64,000 bases of DNA. Origin: a virus. The position numbers were made by a program, and so were the translations under genes. Below, one piece after another: positions 19,073 to 29,235 of the stretch. The notes beneath the pieces are model-generated. The model made no database searches. It saw nothing but the letters and a program-made list of their open reading frames with translations, and was not told where the DNA came from. Where the stretch lies: positions 5,650 through 69,649 of the IMG/VR virus record IMGVR_UViG_3300042691_033239; one strand, given 5' to 3'. The first letter of the stretch is position 1. Each line of letters begins with the position of its first letter.

Positions 19073-20218
19073 TTATCTACCCGGATCTTTAAACATTCCC
19101 GAAACTTCTGAATTGTATGCATGGGCAGTTGCAGACAATTGCCCACTGGAAATCATGCTATGATTTGACATATTCATTTTTTCTTGAATTCTCTTCTGTA
19201 CTTCACTCATTCCACTATTATCATGCGTATTATTTGTTGGTGGAGCTTGATTCTTCATTTTTCTTAATTTCATTTCTGGCGAAGATGGATCTACCATTGT
19301 AGGAGGAAGTGACATTTCCGTATCTACAGCGCCCATCGGAGGCGGAATGACAGGCATTGCTGTATAATTATTATTCTGCATTCTAGGCATTGGAGGTGGC
19401 ATCATCATTGCCTCATTATTCTGTTGTGGCATATAATGATTTGGATATGTCGGATCCATCATAGGGTTATTTTGTCTAGGAGCATGATTATGCATTGGCA
19501 TTGGCGGCATCATTGAAACCGCAGGATCAAATGTCGGCTCCATCATTGAGTAATCATAGTTATTTTCATTCAACATTTGTCTCTGAGGGACTTGCTGTTG
19601 CGCAGCCATTGCCTGCTGCCTTCTCATTTGCTGTTCTCTCATTGCATATTGCCTTACTTCATTAGCATATTGAACTTGATAGTCATCATCTGGAATCGGT
19701 TCTGTTCCCTCAAAGAATGAGGCCATTCCCTTCTTATTGCTTCTAGGAACGCTAGGGTCGCCAAATGAGGCACCACCACCGCCACCGCCGACACCGCCAT
19801 ATCCATAGCCGCCCATCCCAGAAACTACTTGCTGCATATCAGAATATCCAGATTGACGATCTACGCTAAAATCACCATATCCTTCCCCCTCATCTTCAAA
19901 TACACGAACAAGAGGATCATCATACTCAGATGGCTTATTATTTTTAGGAGGCTGATTACTTGCCGCTTGTTTTCTTCTTTCCGGAGCATTTGAATTTTGA
20001 CCATTTTGCGGTCTATTGCTATTCTGCTTTGCGCCCTGCGTGAATTTTCTAGTAATCTCTTCTTCTTTCTTTTTGAGTAAGCCTCTGATTTCATCAGATA
20101 TATCTTCGATTACTGCTAATCTTATGGATTCAATCACATCTTCCAGCGTGTCATCTTCTAGCAAAATTTCTTTTACTATCATTCTAAACTGATCTAAATT
20201 TATTTTAAGTGTAGACAT
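19073..20218 (-). CDS. low-complexity (G/M/P/Q/N-rich) head-cluster protein
   Basis: N-terminal FRMIVKEILLED, a poly-Gly tract, and an M/P/Q/N-rich C-terminal half. Confidence 0.75.
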   Translation of the reverse strand: MSTLKINLDQFRMIVKEILLEDDTLEDVIESIRLAVIEDISDEIRGLLKKKEEEITRKFTQGAKQNSNRPQNGQNSNAPERRKQAASNQPPKNNKPSEYDDPLVRVFEDEGEGYGDFSVDRQSGYSDMQQVVSGMGGYGYGGVGGGGGGASFGDPSVPRSNKKGMASFFEGTEPIPDDDYQVQYANEVRQYAMREQQMRRQQAMAAQQQVPQRQMLNENNYDYSMMEPTFDPAVSMMPPMPMHNHAPRQNNPMMDPTYPNHYMPQQNNEAMMMPPPMPRMQNNNYTAMPVIPPPMGAVDTEMSLPPTMVDPSSPEMKLRKMKNQAPPTNNTHDNSGMSEVQKRIQEKMNMSNHSMISSGQLSATAHAYNSEVSGMFKDPGR

Positions 20219-20249
20219 TATTATTCCTTTATTTATTAATGTTTATATA

Positions 20250-20663
20250 TTATACACCAGTACCGGATATAAATTCAATAGCAGATGTTTTATTTGCGAC
20301 TCTAAAAGATGAAACAGATGCAATTAATTCAAAATTGGCATCAGAGCTTGAAGACATATACAATATGCCAGTTCTAAGAGGCAAAGATACACTTTGCTGT
20401 GGAGCCAATGAAAAGTAATTTGAATTCGCTAGCCCAGGCTGAGTAAATCCGAATTTTATAGAACTTCCTGATCCTGTTAGTTCTGTATTTGTCAATGTTA
20501 ATGAAATTGTTGCGTAATCAAAAAGCAAATAGCTTAAATAATTACCAGATGACGCAGATAAAACAGTAATAGGATCATAACTGCTAGATATTGATGTTGT
20601 TACAACATAAGGCAATCCTGGAGTTAAATAAAAACCTGGAGCGCCGCTTCCACCAATTGCCAT
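20250..20663 (-). CDS. probable small virion structural protein
   Basis: S/T-rich, beta-prone 137 aa, next to the protease gene. Confidence 0.6.
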   Translation of the reverse strand: MAIGGSGAPGFYLTPGLPYVVTTSISSSYDPITVLSASSGNYLSYLLFDYATISLTLTNTELTGSGSSIKFGFTQPGLANSNYFSLAPQQSVSLPLRTGILYMSSSSDANFELIASVSSFRVANKTSAIEFISGTGV

Positions 20664-20668
20664 ATATA

Positions 20669-21811
20669 TTACCTATTCTCCATTTTTAATCTATTGTAAT
20701 TCTCAGCAATACGATCAAGTTCATTGTCTAAATAAAAGTTTCTTCCACTCTCATTCAGATACATTTTTATTTCATCTGGCGTAACTTCCCTTCCTTCCTT
20801 GAAAACAAATGCGCCTGGAGTTGATGGTTCTGAAACAATATCCCAACATACAAGCATAAAATCATCTTGCACTACGTTAGCGCCATTTACCAATTGGGTA
20901 GATCCTAATCCTCTTGAAGAAACACCCAGCGTGCATTCCGCCAAAACTATTGATTTGACTAGATCTCCCATTGGGGTAGGAATTAGCTCTAATCTGCCCC
21001 ATAGTTCGTTGGGATTCTCTCTAGACCACCATGTTTCGGTAATAACATGAGATGTCTTCTGGATTGAAACAACTACCGAGTCTGGATGATCACAATTTCC
21101 AGTAAAAAATGCATCGCCTTCTCTTTTAGCAAGCCAATTTCCAGAAGGAGTGGTAACGCAATATACCATTCCATCATAATTAACTTTATCTATATTTACA
21201 TTTTTTCCGCTAATAAAATTAACAGAAAGTCCATATGTTTCATAAAAGATCTTCTTTTTATTTTTTGATAATAGAGATATTGCTTTTTCATAAAATGGAT
21301 TTCCATTCTTATCAAAAAATACCATTTTATGACTATCAGTAACGAGTATATCAAGATTAGCATCAGAATTAGTAAATCTGATCATATCGCCATGATGCAT
21401 TCTCTCTGTTTTAGCTAAAACAGGCTCAAGAATAAGTTCTTTGGTATTCATATCCATGGAAAACACCAACTCACCAATCTCTACGTCTTTAAGAAACTTC
21501 CATCCGGATCCTGTCATTATCTGAGTTTTATCATCAACACATTCCCCGTAACTACTTCTTTGGGCTATAACCCTTTGATAATTATCAACTTCTCTCTTTA
21601 GGATTTTATGAGGATATATTCTTTTATTGTGATTTAATGTTTCAGATTTTTGTAATACTCCCTTTAATATAATTTTACCATTAGAGCGTTTTTCAACATC
21701 AGCCGCATAAAATTTTTCGGGAGCTTCCCTTAGTATACGTATAGGATTTTTATTTGATGACAATCCGCTAATACTTTCATATTTCTTTTCGCCATTATAT
21801 GTATCTGACAT
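20669..21811 (-). CDS. gp21: prohead core protease (T4 gp21-like), intein-containing
   Basis: LKGVLQ, NHNKRIYP, GE/DHP (split by the intein), SHVIT, TPMG, GVSSRGLGS and DIVSEPSTPGA motifs. Confidence 0.95.
   Translation of the reverse strand: MSDTYNGEKKYESISGLSSNKNPIRILREAPEKFYAADVEKRSNGKIILKGVLQKSETLNHNKRIYPHKILKREVDNYQRVIAQRSSYGECVDDKTQIMTGSGWKFLKDVEIGELVFSMDMNTKELILEPVLAKTERMHHGDMIRFTNSDANLDILVTDSHKMVFFDKNGNPFYEKAISLLSKNKKKIFYETYGLSVNFISGKNVNIDKVNYDGMVYCVTTPSGNWLAKREGDAFFTGNCDHPDSVVVSIQKTSHVITETWWSRENPNELWGRLELIPTPMGDLVKSIVLAECTLGVSSRGLGSTQLVNGANVVQDDFMLVCWDIVSEPSTPGAFVFKEGREVTPDEIKMYLNESGRNFYLDNELDRIAENYNRLKMENR
21095..21541 (-). mobile_element. mini-intein (149 aa, no homing endonuclease)
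   Basis: Begins CVDDKTQIMT..GWK, block B VTDSH, block F VYCVTTPSGN, ends FTGN before +1 Cys. Removal restores GE-CDHP. Confidence 0.92.
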
Positions 21812-21836
21812 ATTTAAAATTCTCCTATAATAAACT

Positions 21837-22259
21837 TTACTTACTATCCATTATATTAACTATAGCATTTGATGATTCTTTAATTTCTTTAATTTTTCTC
21901 TTTATTATTGGAGACTTTATTATACTATTAAAATATATTTTTGCTATTTTCATTGCTTCTTTACTACCATTTAAATATAAGTAAAACTTACCATTAATTT
22001 TTGGAACAATTCTTGAATATGATTTCTTCAGACCTGCCCTATCTTTCAAAGTAAAATAAACACTTGGAAATTCAGGATCTTCTTCAAAAGAATCTTTAAC
22101 CATCTCTATCCAATCCATAGATGTCATTTCAGAGTAAATTAAAGAACAAATTTCTGTTCTTTTCATATAATTTTTTTCTATTGCATTTTGAAGATCTTTT
22201 GGAATTGCCCCAATGTATGAATTGATCTTTTGAGATATATCGTCATTTATTTTATTCAT
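21837..22259 (-). CDS. hypothetical protein
   Basis: 140-aa ORF in the head operon. Confidence 0.65.
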   Translation of the reverse strand: MNKINDDISQKINSYIGAIPKDLQNAIEKNYMKRTEICSLIYSEMTSMDWIEMVKDSFEEDPEFPSVYFTLKDRAGLKKSYSRIVPKINGKFYLYLNGSKEAMKIAKIYFNSIIKSPIIKRKIKEIKESSNAIVNIMDSK

Positions 22260-22266
22260 ATTATTA

Positions 22267-23133
22267 TTACAATATTTTTTCCAAATTTAATCCTTCTAAT
22301 ATATGTTCTGTCGCAGCATCAACAGACAGTTCGGATATTGATTCATTTGTGTATGAATTTTTAATATTAAGTATTTTATCTGATAGTTCAGGTGAAGTAG
22401 ATACAGAATTATTATATGCTGTATCTATAAATTCATATATTTTTTCTATTTTTTTAGATAAAAATTTTCTATACGTTGATTCATCAAGATTGCCCATATC
22501 ATAAGCACTCCAATTATCAATAACATCAGATTGATACTTAGTTAAGTTCTCTGTCTCATTCAAGATATTTTCTGCCAAAGTCTTTATGAACTCATCTGAT
22601 TGAACCATCTTCATTTCTTCTTCATTAAGATTCTCAATTTCTTTTTTCTTTTCGCTTTTTGAATTTAAATTTTCATATATTAAATTTTCATAATGCGCTA
22701 TTGAATCATAATTGCTCTTTTCCATAGATTCAATTAGCCCATATATCGATGCAAATAATCTATAGTTATCAACATCTTTATCATACAATGAATTTGACAA
22801 TGTGTGATTTATTTCTTTGATAAGATTTGATTTTTCTATATATGATTGTCTCAAATTTATAGACTTTATATTTTCTTTAAATTCTTTTATAGACATTGCT
22901 CTGAGAATATCATTACTGAATTTAGATTCAGTAAGAGATCTAACCGCATTAAGTTCTTTTCCTAATTCTGTGTTTTTGTCAAAATATCTAATTGCAATGT
23001 CAATAGCAAGATCTGCCGATGCCTTATCGTTTTTGACAGAAACCATCTCAGCTATATAAGATGTAATCCACTCAAAAAGTAATCCGGCATTTCTCTTTTT
23101 ATTGTGCCTTATGCCTGTTTCTAACTGTGGCAT
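22267..23133 (-). CDS. head-cluster protein downstream of portal
   Basis: HNKKRNAGLLFE N-terminal motif; ATG at 23133 with GAGGAGG SD. Confidence 0.75.
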   Translation of the reverse strand: MPQLETGIRHNKKRNAGLLFEWITSYIAEMVSVKNDKASADLAIDIAIRYFDKNTELGKELNAVRSLTESKFSNDILRAMSIKEFKENIKSINLRQSYIEKSNLIKEINHTLSNSLYDKDVDNYRLFASIYGLIESMEKSNYDSIAHYENLIYENLNSKSEKKKEIENLNEEEMKMVQSDEFIKTLAENILNETENLTKYQSDVIDNWSAYDMGNLDESTYRKFLSKKIEKIYEFIDTAYNNSVSTSPELSDKILNIKNSYTNESISELSVDAATEHILEGLNLEKIL

Positions 23134-23137
23134 AGTA

Positions 23138-25765
23138 TTATTCCTCCTCATTGATCTTAAATCTAAATATACTGCCATTTCCGTCTGTCAATTTTTTATT
23201 TTTCTTGCTTTCTCTAATTTCTGCTTTTTTGGCATCCATTTGAGATTTTGCAGAATTTTCATTATTATTTTTTGAAGCTTCCTGTGATTTCATCACTTGT
23301 CTAACCGCATCCAATTCAATCTTCTTCTTACTTTCCTTCTCTTGTCTTTTCTGAATCACATCCTGACTTGTCATTGTTGTTGTCGTTGGTTTTGTAGCCG
23401 ATTGCGTTGCCGTATTATTTTCAGGTTCTTTTGTCTCCTTGGAATCCGCATTATTAATAATTTTTTCCATTTTTTCTGTAGTATCATCCAAGAATGATTC
23501 AATAGTCCCATTTTTACCAGAAACCAACTCAGACAAATACTCTAAGTTTATTTCATTGATAATATCCTGGTCATCTATATTATTATCTAATTCATTTTCC
23601 ATTAGTTTGACATTGAACATCATACTATCAATCTGATCATCAAATTTCCTTGCGTATTTTCCGCTTTCTGATCGTAATATATCTTCAATGGATTTTTTAT
23701 TTGGTCTTACCTTTGAATCATTTATAAATGGCTTTTGCCTTACCGCATCATTGTGTCTTCCTGTATCAACAGATATATGTCTTCTGCCAGTTCCATGATT
23801 GTCTTTACCGGATATTCTAGCTGAACTCCCCGGCTCTATTTTTCTGCCAGCCCCAGGCGCTCTCTTTCTGTCTTTTGTGTTTCTTGCTGTAGGTTCTCTA
23901 TATTCACCATCTTTTCTCTTTAGATCATCATCTTCTCTTGGAGGAACTAAATCAGACATAGGGGCAATGGCAATTGCATCCCTAATATCTTTCTTCAATG
24001 TTTGCTTCCTTCTTCTATCGAATTGAGCTAAATCATCTTTGGATTTGTAAACTTTATTTCCTTCCGGATCAAATGGGCCTTGGAAAAGATCTTCGATTTC
24101 ACTTGAAGGTTCTGCCTCAGCATCACCGCCAGTGTCACCGCCAGTGTCACCACCAGTGTCATCTCCACCGAAATCATCGGTTCCTAAATCGTCAAATCCA
24201 CCACCAATGTCACCACCGCCGAAATCATCTCCACCCGAATCATCGGTATTATCTTCCATAGGGTCGGATAATCCAAATTCAGACCCGGCACCGCCCAATT
24301 CATCAAAAGCGCCATCCTTAAGTTTGCCCAATATTCCTTCAAGCTTAGCTTCTCTGATTTTATCTTGCGTTACTTCTTCAATTTCATCGTCATCCCATCC
24401 CATTACTCTCTTATACAAATATCTTTGAGGAATGCCAGCAGGAGCAGAAGATAATATCTCAAACTTCTGTCTGAAAATTTCCATTCTCTGTTGCTGTTCT
24501 AATAATGAAGATGAAGCTAAAGTAATATCAAAATCTCTAAGTGCATCTTCGGGTGAAAATCCGTGAAAAGTTAAGTGAATTAATGCTATTTTTTTAAGCT
24601 CTGAAACTATTAGTTTTTGAATGCGCATAATCTGCTGAGCGAACATAATGTTTAAACCCGTCAATGCTGTTTTTGCAGCGTCGGATGAATCTGTGTAATT
24701 CAAATAAGGCTTTGGTACGCCAACAGCAGTAAATAATTGGGCCTGTAAATACTCCAAATCGCTTGTGCCGTCCGTCCACTGACCTCCCGGTAGTGTTTCA
24801 ATGGTTGTGCCTTCGCCGCCTCTAACACCCACATAATAATCATTCTCAAGAGACAATGCACTATGTCTAAGATCCAGTCTTCCGGTATCATTGTCCTGCA
24901 AGATCTGATTCTTCATTCTTGTCTTTTGTAATTCGATGAATGTCTCGACATCTTCTGGCGGAAGATTGCCAACATCAATCTTAAAAACTCTTCTTTCTGG
25001 TGCTCTAACAATTCGATATACCATCAAAGCATCTTCAAGAAGATTAATCATTCTCCATATTTTTCGGGAAGATTCTAGAACAGACGTTCCATAAGGTAAA
25101 AACTCATCACTAAACTTAAGTCTAAAATGAACCATTTGCGAGGCATCAATGACTCCCGCGCCTTCTGCATTTACTCTGTATTTTACTTCCCATAAACCTG
25201 TCTGTTTATTGTGGTATTCTTCTCTTTCCACTGAGTCTACAGGCAATGGTCTTGCGCCAACTACGCCATAATCCCCTTCTATTTGAAGATACATGAAATA
25301 GTCGCCATACTTACATAAGTTTCTTGCAAGAGGATATAGTTCCGTAGACATATTTAATATATCTTCAAATAAAACATTCAATATGTTTTTTATTCTAGGA
25401 TTATTTGATTTAATAATAATGGTTCTGCCCATCTCATCCATTCCAGAAACAGATGTGGCGTAAACGTCAAGAGCCCTGGCAATAATTGGAGTAAATTCCA
25501 TTACACCAAAGTCCTGATAGCGGTATCCTCTGGTTACTGCATTTCCATTATAATAATAAGGATCTCTTACTCCTAAGAAATTGGAATCATGAAGAACCCT
25601 TCCTAATTCTGCTTTTTTCTCACTCCTCAATTCCTTGGGAACCCTCATTCTTACTTTAGGGCCGTTATTGAAGATTCTTTGAAATGTATTTATGAAATCT
25701 GCTGTATTATTCTTTGGTCTTTTTTTCTTTTCTGCCATGTGTTCTTTATCTGCCTTCCTATTCAT
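23138..25765 (-). CDS. gp20: portal protein (T4 gp20-like) with long C-terminal extension
   Basis: LLEDALMVYRIVRAPERRVFKIDVGNLP, ENDYY and TTIETLPGG motifs; acidic Gly-rich tail. The start may be the ATG at 25738. Confidence 0.95.
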   Translation of the reverse strand: MNRKADKEHMAEKKKRPKNNTADFINTFQRIFNNGPKVRMRVPKELRSEKKAELGRVLHDSNFLGVRDPYYYNGNAVTRGYRYQDFGVMEFTPIIARALDVYATSVSGMDEMGRTIIIKSNNPRIKNILNVLFEDILNMSTELYPLARNLCKYGDYFMYLQIEGDYGVVGARPLPVDSVEREEYHNKQTGLWEVKYRVNAEGAGVIDASQMVHFRLKFSDEFLPYGTSVLESSRKIWRMINLLEDALMVYRIVRAPERRVFKIDVGNLPPEDVETFIELQKTRMKNQILQDNDTGRLDLRHSALSLENDYYVGVRGGEGTTIETLPGGQWTDGTSDLEYLQAQLFTAVGVPKPYLNYTDSSDAAKTALTGLNIMFAQQIMRIQKLIVSELKKIALIHLTFHGFSPEDALRDFDITLASSSLLEQQQRMEIFRQKFEILSSAPAGIPQRYLYKRVMGWDDDEIEEVTQDKIREAKLEGILGKLKDGAFDELGGAGSEFGLSDPMEDNTDDSGGDDFGGGDIGGGFDDLGTDDFGGDDTGGDTGGDTGGDAEAEPSSEIEDLFQGPFDPEGNKVYKSKDDLAQFDRRRKQTLKKDIRDAIAIAPMSDLVPPREDDDLKRKDGEYREPTARNTKDRKRAPGAGRKIEPGSSARISGKDNHGTGRRHISVDTGRHNDAVRQKPFINDSKVRPNKKSIEDILRSESGKYARKFDDQIDSMMFNVKLMENELDNNIDDQDIINEINLEYLSELVSGKNGTIESFLDDTTEKMEKIINNADSKETKEPENNTATQSATKPTTTTMTSQDVIQKRQEKESKKKIELDAVRQVMKSQEASKNNNENSAKSQMDAKKAEIRESKKNKKLTDGNGSIFRFKINEEE
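24123..24160. repeat. 12-bp tandem repeat (TGGD x3) in portal tail
   Basis: tcacc(g/a)ccagtg repeated three times. Confidence 0.8.
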
Positions 25766-25875
25766 GAAGTTGGCTTGTAATATCTTTTATTACACACTTT
25801 TCTTGATTATCTATATTATATAGCATTTATGCAGCCGCAAATCAACGAAAAATAATCATTTTACCATCCAATGCT

Positions 25876-27603
25876 TTAGTATTTTGGTATCCAATGGTTT
25901 AATTTTTTCTTTGTCTGCGGATTTGTGCCGCCTGATCCCCCAAGAATATCCATCACAAAATCATTTACAACGCCGCTTCTTTCAGTAAACCCATTCAATG
26001 CTGATTTATTTGTGTAAACTCCCGAATGCTGTTTATAAGGATCATCAATAAATTTTGTATGTGGCATGGAGTCTGATCTTGTATTGACAATTGAAATTGA
26101 GTTTCCTAATGCCTTTGTCATTTCTAATTTTGTTTTTGCATATCCCATTGCTGTTTCTCTACACCATATAGCAAATGCAAAAGCCATTACTAAGTCGTCG
26201 TTACATCCCTTCGCTGCCTGTAATTTTGAATTTTTCCAAATAAATGTATTAAATTCATCCATTAGTCTTTCTGAGAATGGTGTATATCTTCTTTTCTCTA
26301 ATTGCTGTATCATTTCAGTGATAAGCCTTTTTCTTGACTGATCTTGTGTATTAAATCCAATTGAGTAATCATCATTATCATAGCCAGCATATACATTAAC
26401 AACCGTAGGCATACCCCTTTTATCTTCAGCATACATATTTGGATATCCATATTCTTTAATTTTTACAATTGTAACCTGAGCTACCGAGTTATTTTCTATA
26501 CATATTGTTGCATTATTCCAATAATGACCAATTCCTATTAATAATTTTGCAAAATCTTCTGGTAATATTTTTCCTTGGAATTCTGCAACCTGCATTCCAT
26601 TGCCAGCATTAATAACTTGAATAGTTGAATAGTCATCACTTTTACCTCCGGAAACGTCCGCTCCGATTACATAAGTTTCATCCCCAACCGGCCTATCCCA
26701 TTCATAATATTTATTATGAGGAATCATAGGATTATTCAATCCTTTTCTTTTTATTAAACCATAATGATCTCTTAATTCAGATGAAAGAACAGCATCACCC
26801 GAAACAGCAAAGCTACAGAAGAATTCCTGCTGAATAATATTTTCATCCTGAATCATGTTCCTTTGTTTTTCTAGCCATGCCGCATCTCTTGAAGGATCTA
26901 CATCCCAAGGCAATTCCATCCACGTCCAGTCATTCTGCCCATTCTTTGCACCAATAAATAAAGTATAAAATTGTCCTGACGTTCCATTTGGAGAGGACAA
27001 CATCATAATTTTACCACCCGTAGAAATTGCAGGAGCGATAGATGCCCAAATGCCATCAGGACCATCAAAGCCATCAATAAATGCAGCTTCGTCAACAATA
27101 AGATATGCAATTGCTTGACCACGCAAAGATCCAATACTCGATCCCGTTGCCATAACCTTAGATCCATTTAGCCAAGATATTGCAGTTGCATTGTTTTCTT
27201 TAATTGGATATAACTGCTTAAAATGATTAGGAAGATAATCGTAAGCAAACTGCACTTTGGCTAGGAAGTTCTTCGCTGTTGTCAAGTTCGTAGCAATTGC
27301 GGCCACCAACTGTGAATCATGAAATAGACAATACCATAGACAAAATGCTGCACCAACCGTGGTAACACCCAACTGTCGAGATTTCGCAATGATTGTTTTA
27401 TCCTTACTCTTCATGTTTCTCAGAATATCTTTCTGATATGGGTGAAGAGTAAATGGAATTGTTCCGCCCTTATTGGGAGACTGAATCTTTACATATTTTT
27501 GAATAAAGAAAATAGGATCGCTTTTGCATTTTATAATGTCATCTGCGATTTCTTTCGTAAATTTCGGTGTAGGCCCGCCGCCTCTATTTGATTTTGTTGC
27601 CAT
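25876..27603 (-). CDS. gp17: terminase large subunit (T4 gp17-like)
   Basis: LHPYQ, Walker A KSRQLGVTT, Walker B IVDEAAF, SSPNG, nuclease GADVSGG..DYS, IENN and DDLVMA. Confidence 0.96.
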   Translation of the reverse strand: MATKSNRGGGPTPKFTKEIADDIIKCKSDPIFFIQKYVKIQSPNKGGTIPFTLHPYQKDILRNMKSKDKTIIAKSRQLGVTTVGAAFCLWYCLFHDSQLVAAIATNLTTAKNFLAKVQFAYDYLPNHFKQLYPIKENNATAISWLNGSKVMATGSSIGSLRGQAIAYLIVDEAAFIDGFDGPDGIWASIAPAISTGGKIMMLSSPNGTSGQFYTLFIGAKNGQNDWTWMELPWDVDPSRDAAWLEKQRNMIQDENIIQQEFFCSFAVSGDAVLSSELRDHYGLIKRKGLNNPMIPHNKYYEWDRPVGDETYVIGADVSGGKSDDYSTIQVINAGNGMQVAEFQGKILPEDFAKLLIGIGHYWNNATICIENNSVAQVTIVKIKEYGYPNMYAEDKRGMPTVVNVYAGYDNDDYSIGFNTQDQSRKRLITEMIQQLEKRRYTPFSERLMDEFNTFIWKNSKLQAAKGCNDDLVMAFAFAIWCRETAMGYAKTKLEMTKALGNSISIVNTRSDSMPHTKFIDDPYKQHSGVYTNKSALNGFTERSGVVNDFVMDILGGSGGTNPQTKKKLNHWIPKY

Positions 27604-27764
27604 TTATAATACATATTCTCCAATAAACATTCTATATTAAATATAGAGATTAATTAGATAATGTGTTTATCCGCAAATTTACATATAAAATTTACACACA
27701 AATTCATGGTCAATAATTTTCTCATTAGGGATCCAATACCATATGGATCCAAAAATATTGATTA

Positions 27765-28223
27765 TTATTCTTTGTCGGATGGAGATGTAGCTTTGAATGT
27801 CTGTGAAAGTCTAAGTAGATATGAGCTAGCCATGACATCCGCATTGACTATGAATCCGCCCCTTGCATTTGCAGTATATTGCGCACCAATCATATCGGAG
27901 AAATCCTGAATAGGTGTTTCTGATTTAAGATTCACTTCTTCATGAAAGGAAATTTCATACTCTTCTTTCACTTTCTCAATAATATCTTTGTATCTTTTTG
28001 TAGCTTCTCTTACTGCGAACATTTTTTGAGAAGGATTCTTTTCATAAGAATGATAAACAATCTGAACTCTTTCTTCTGGATCGGCCGCATCCTTTTCGCT
28101 TGAGCCTACCGTAAATACTTTTGCGGTTACTCCGGTATTTGATACCACGCTTGATCCCACCCTCATTCTTACAGAATCGACAATTTGCTTTACTCTATCT
28201 GCTGTGCTATTTCCGTTGCCCAT
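27765..28223 (-). CDS. hypothetical protein upstream of terminase
   Basis: 152-aa ORF with GGAAGG SD. Confidence 0.7.
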   Translation of the reverse strand: MGNGNSTADRVKQIVDSVRMRVGSSVVSNTGVTAKVFTVGSSEKDAADPEERVQIVYHSYEKNPSQKMFAVREATKRYKDIIEKVKEEYEISFHEEVNLKSETPIQDFSDMIGAQYTANARGGFIVNADVMASSYLLRLSQTFKATSPSDKE

Positions 28224-28292
28224 ATTTCAATTACCTTCCTATATAATTAACGACAGTAAATTATTTGTTATTACTATCATTAATTATATAGA

Positions 28293-28661
28293 TTAGCAAC
28301 CAAAATGACCATTCATGCGAATACCCTCCTCAATCATTTGCCTAAGCAAGTCTTCTGTATAGAAGATTCCCGTAATGTAGCCTGGGCATGAATTTAGATA
28401 TTCCACGGAATCACGTTCATCATAAACGCCATATTCAGACAATGTGATAAATATTTGTTCTAGATTTACGGGAGAATTATGAGCAACCGCATAGATTGCG
28501 TCATTAATGCTCATTCCGCTTTCAATAAGCATTGTGTAGATATGTCGCTCATCGTCTGCCAATGAGAATATTTCGCAATCTACGGGTTCATGATGTTGAG
28601 CATTCAGATTAGAAGTCGGTAGAAACAAAAATATCGTTGTCAGAATAGCTAAATATTTCAT
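28293..28661 (-). CDS. secreted hypothetical protein
   Basis: Sec-type signal peptide MKYLAILTTIFLFLPTSNLNA; GGAG SD. Confidence 0.65.
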   Translation of the reverse strand: MKYLAILTTIFLFLPTSNLNAQHHEPVDCEIFSLADDERHIYTMLIESGMSINDAIYAVAHNSPVNLEQIFITLSEYGVYDERDSVEYLNSCPGYITGIFYTEDLLRQMIEEGIRMNGHFGC

Positions 28662-29235
28662 CGAGTTCTCTCCATGCTTGCACTAGGCGTCGGGTTGATG
28701 AGGGCATTAGGATATTCCGAAAGAAGAAGTATTCCTTCTTATACATTTCATACATAGATGAGTTATTCTGCATTGAGAATCTAGCGTTTGCTATTCTGTC
28801 CGCAAGTTTCAACGCAATATGAAGATCATATCCGGGATTATGTAAAAACACACTTTCCATATGTGAATATGTTACATAATGTCGTGATTTTCTATTTTTA
28901 AGCTCATTACCATATTGATCTTCTGTGTGATCAGTTACGCATTCAACCAAGAAAGCAACTTCTTCCCCAAAGTAAGATGAAATATCTTCATAAGTAAGAG
29001 ATGTGTCTTCTAGTGAATCATGAAGAAATGCCGCAATATGAAGCATCTCCAACTCTTCTGTGCAGAATCCATTTGTTTCATCATAAAGTCTATCGACAAC
29101 GCGATAAGTATCATCAAGATGAACTACATAATCATATGTATTTGCGTATTTATTTTGATGAACAATTGTTGATAATTCAACCGCATTCATCAATGTGTTA
29201 TAAAAATTACTTTCATCTACTAAAATTCCATTCAT
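28609..29235 (-). CDS. HD-domain hydrolase, SpoT/Mesh1 (small alarmone hydrolase)-like
   Basis: H.NKY...YVVHL, AAFLHDSLEDT, FGEEVAFLVECVTD and KLADRIAN motifs. Confidence 0.85.
   Translation of the reverse strand: MNGILVDESNFYNTLMNAVELSTIVHQNKYANTYDYVVHLDDTYRVVDRLYDETNGFCTEELEMLHIAAFLHDSLEDTSLTYEDISSYFGEEVAFLVECVTDHTEDQYGNELKNRKSRHYVTYSHMESVFLHNPGYDLHIALKLADRIANARFSMQNNSSMYEMYKKEYFFFRNILMPSSTRRLVQAWRELDEIFSYSDNDIFVSTDF

Noticed and set aside
17239-24428. Ser/Pro-rich plus-strand ORFs (17239..17535, 24132..24428)
   Set aside because: Antisense reading of acidic or Gly-rich tracts in the scaffold and portal genes.
27765-28223. Possible small terminase by position
   Set aside because: No recognisable gp16-like motif; position alone is insufficient.
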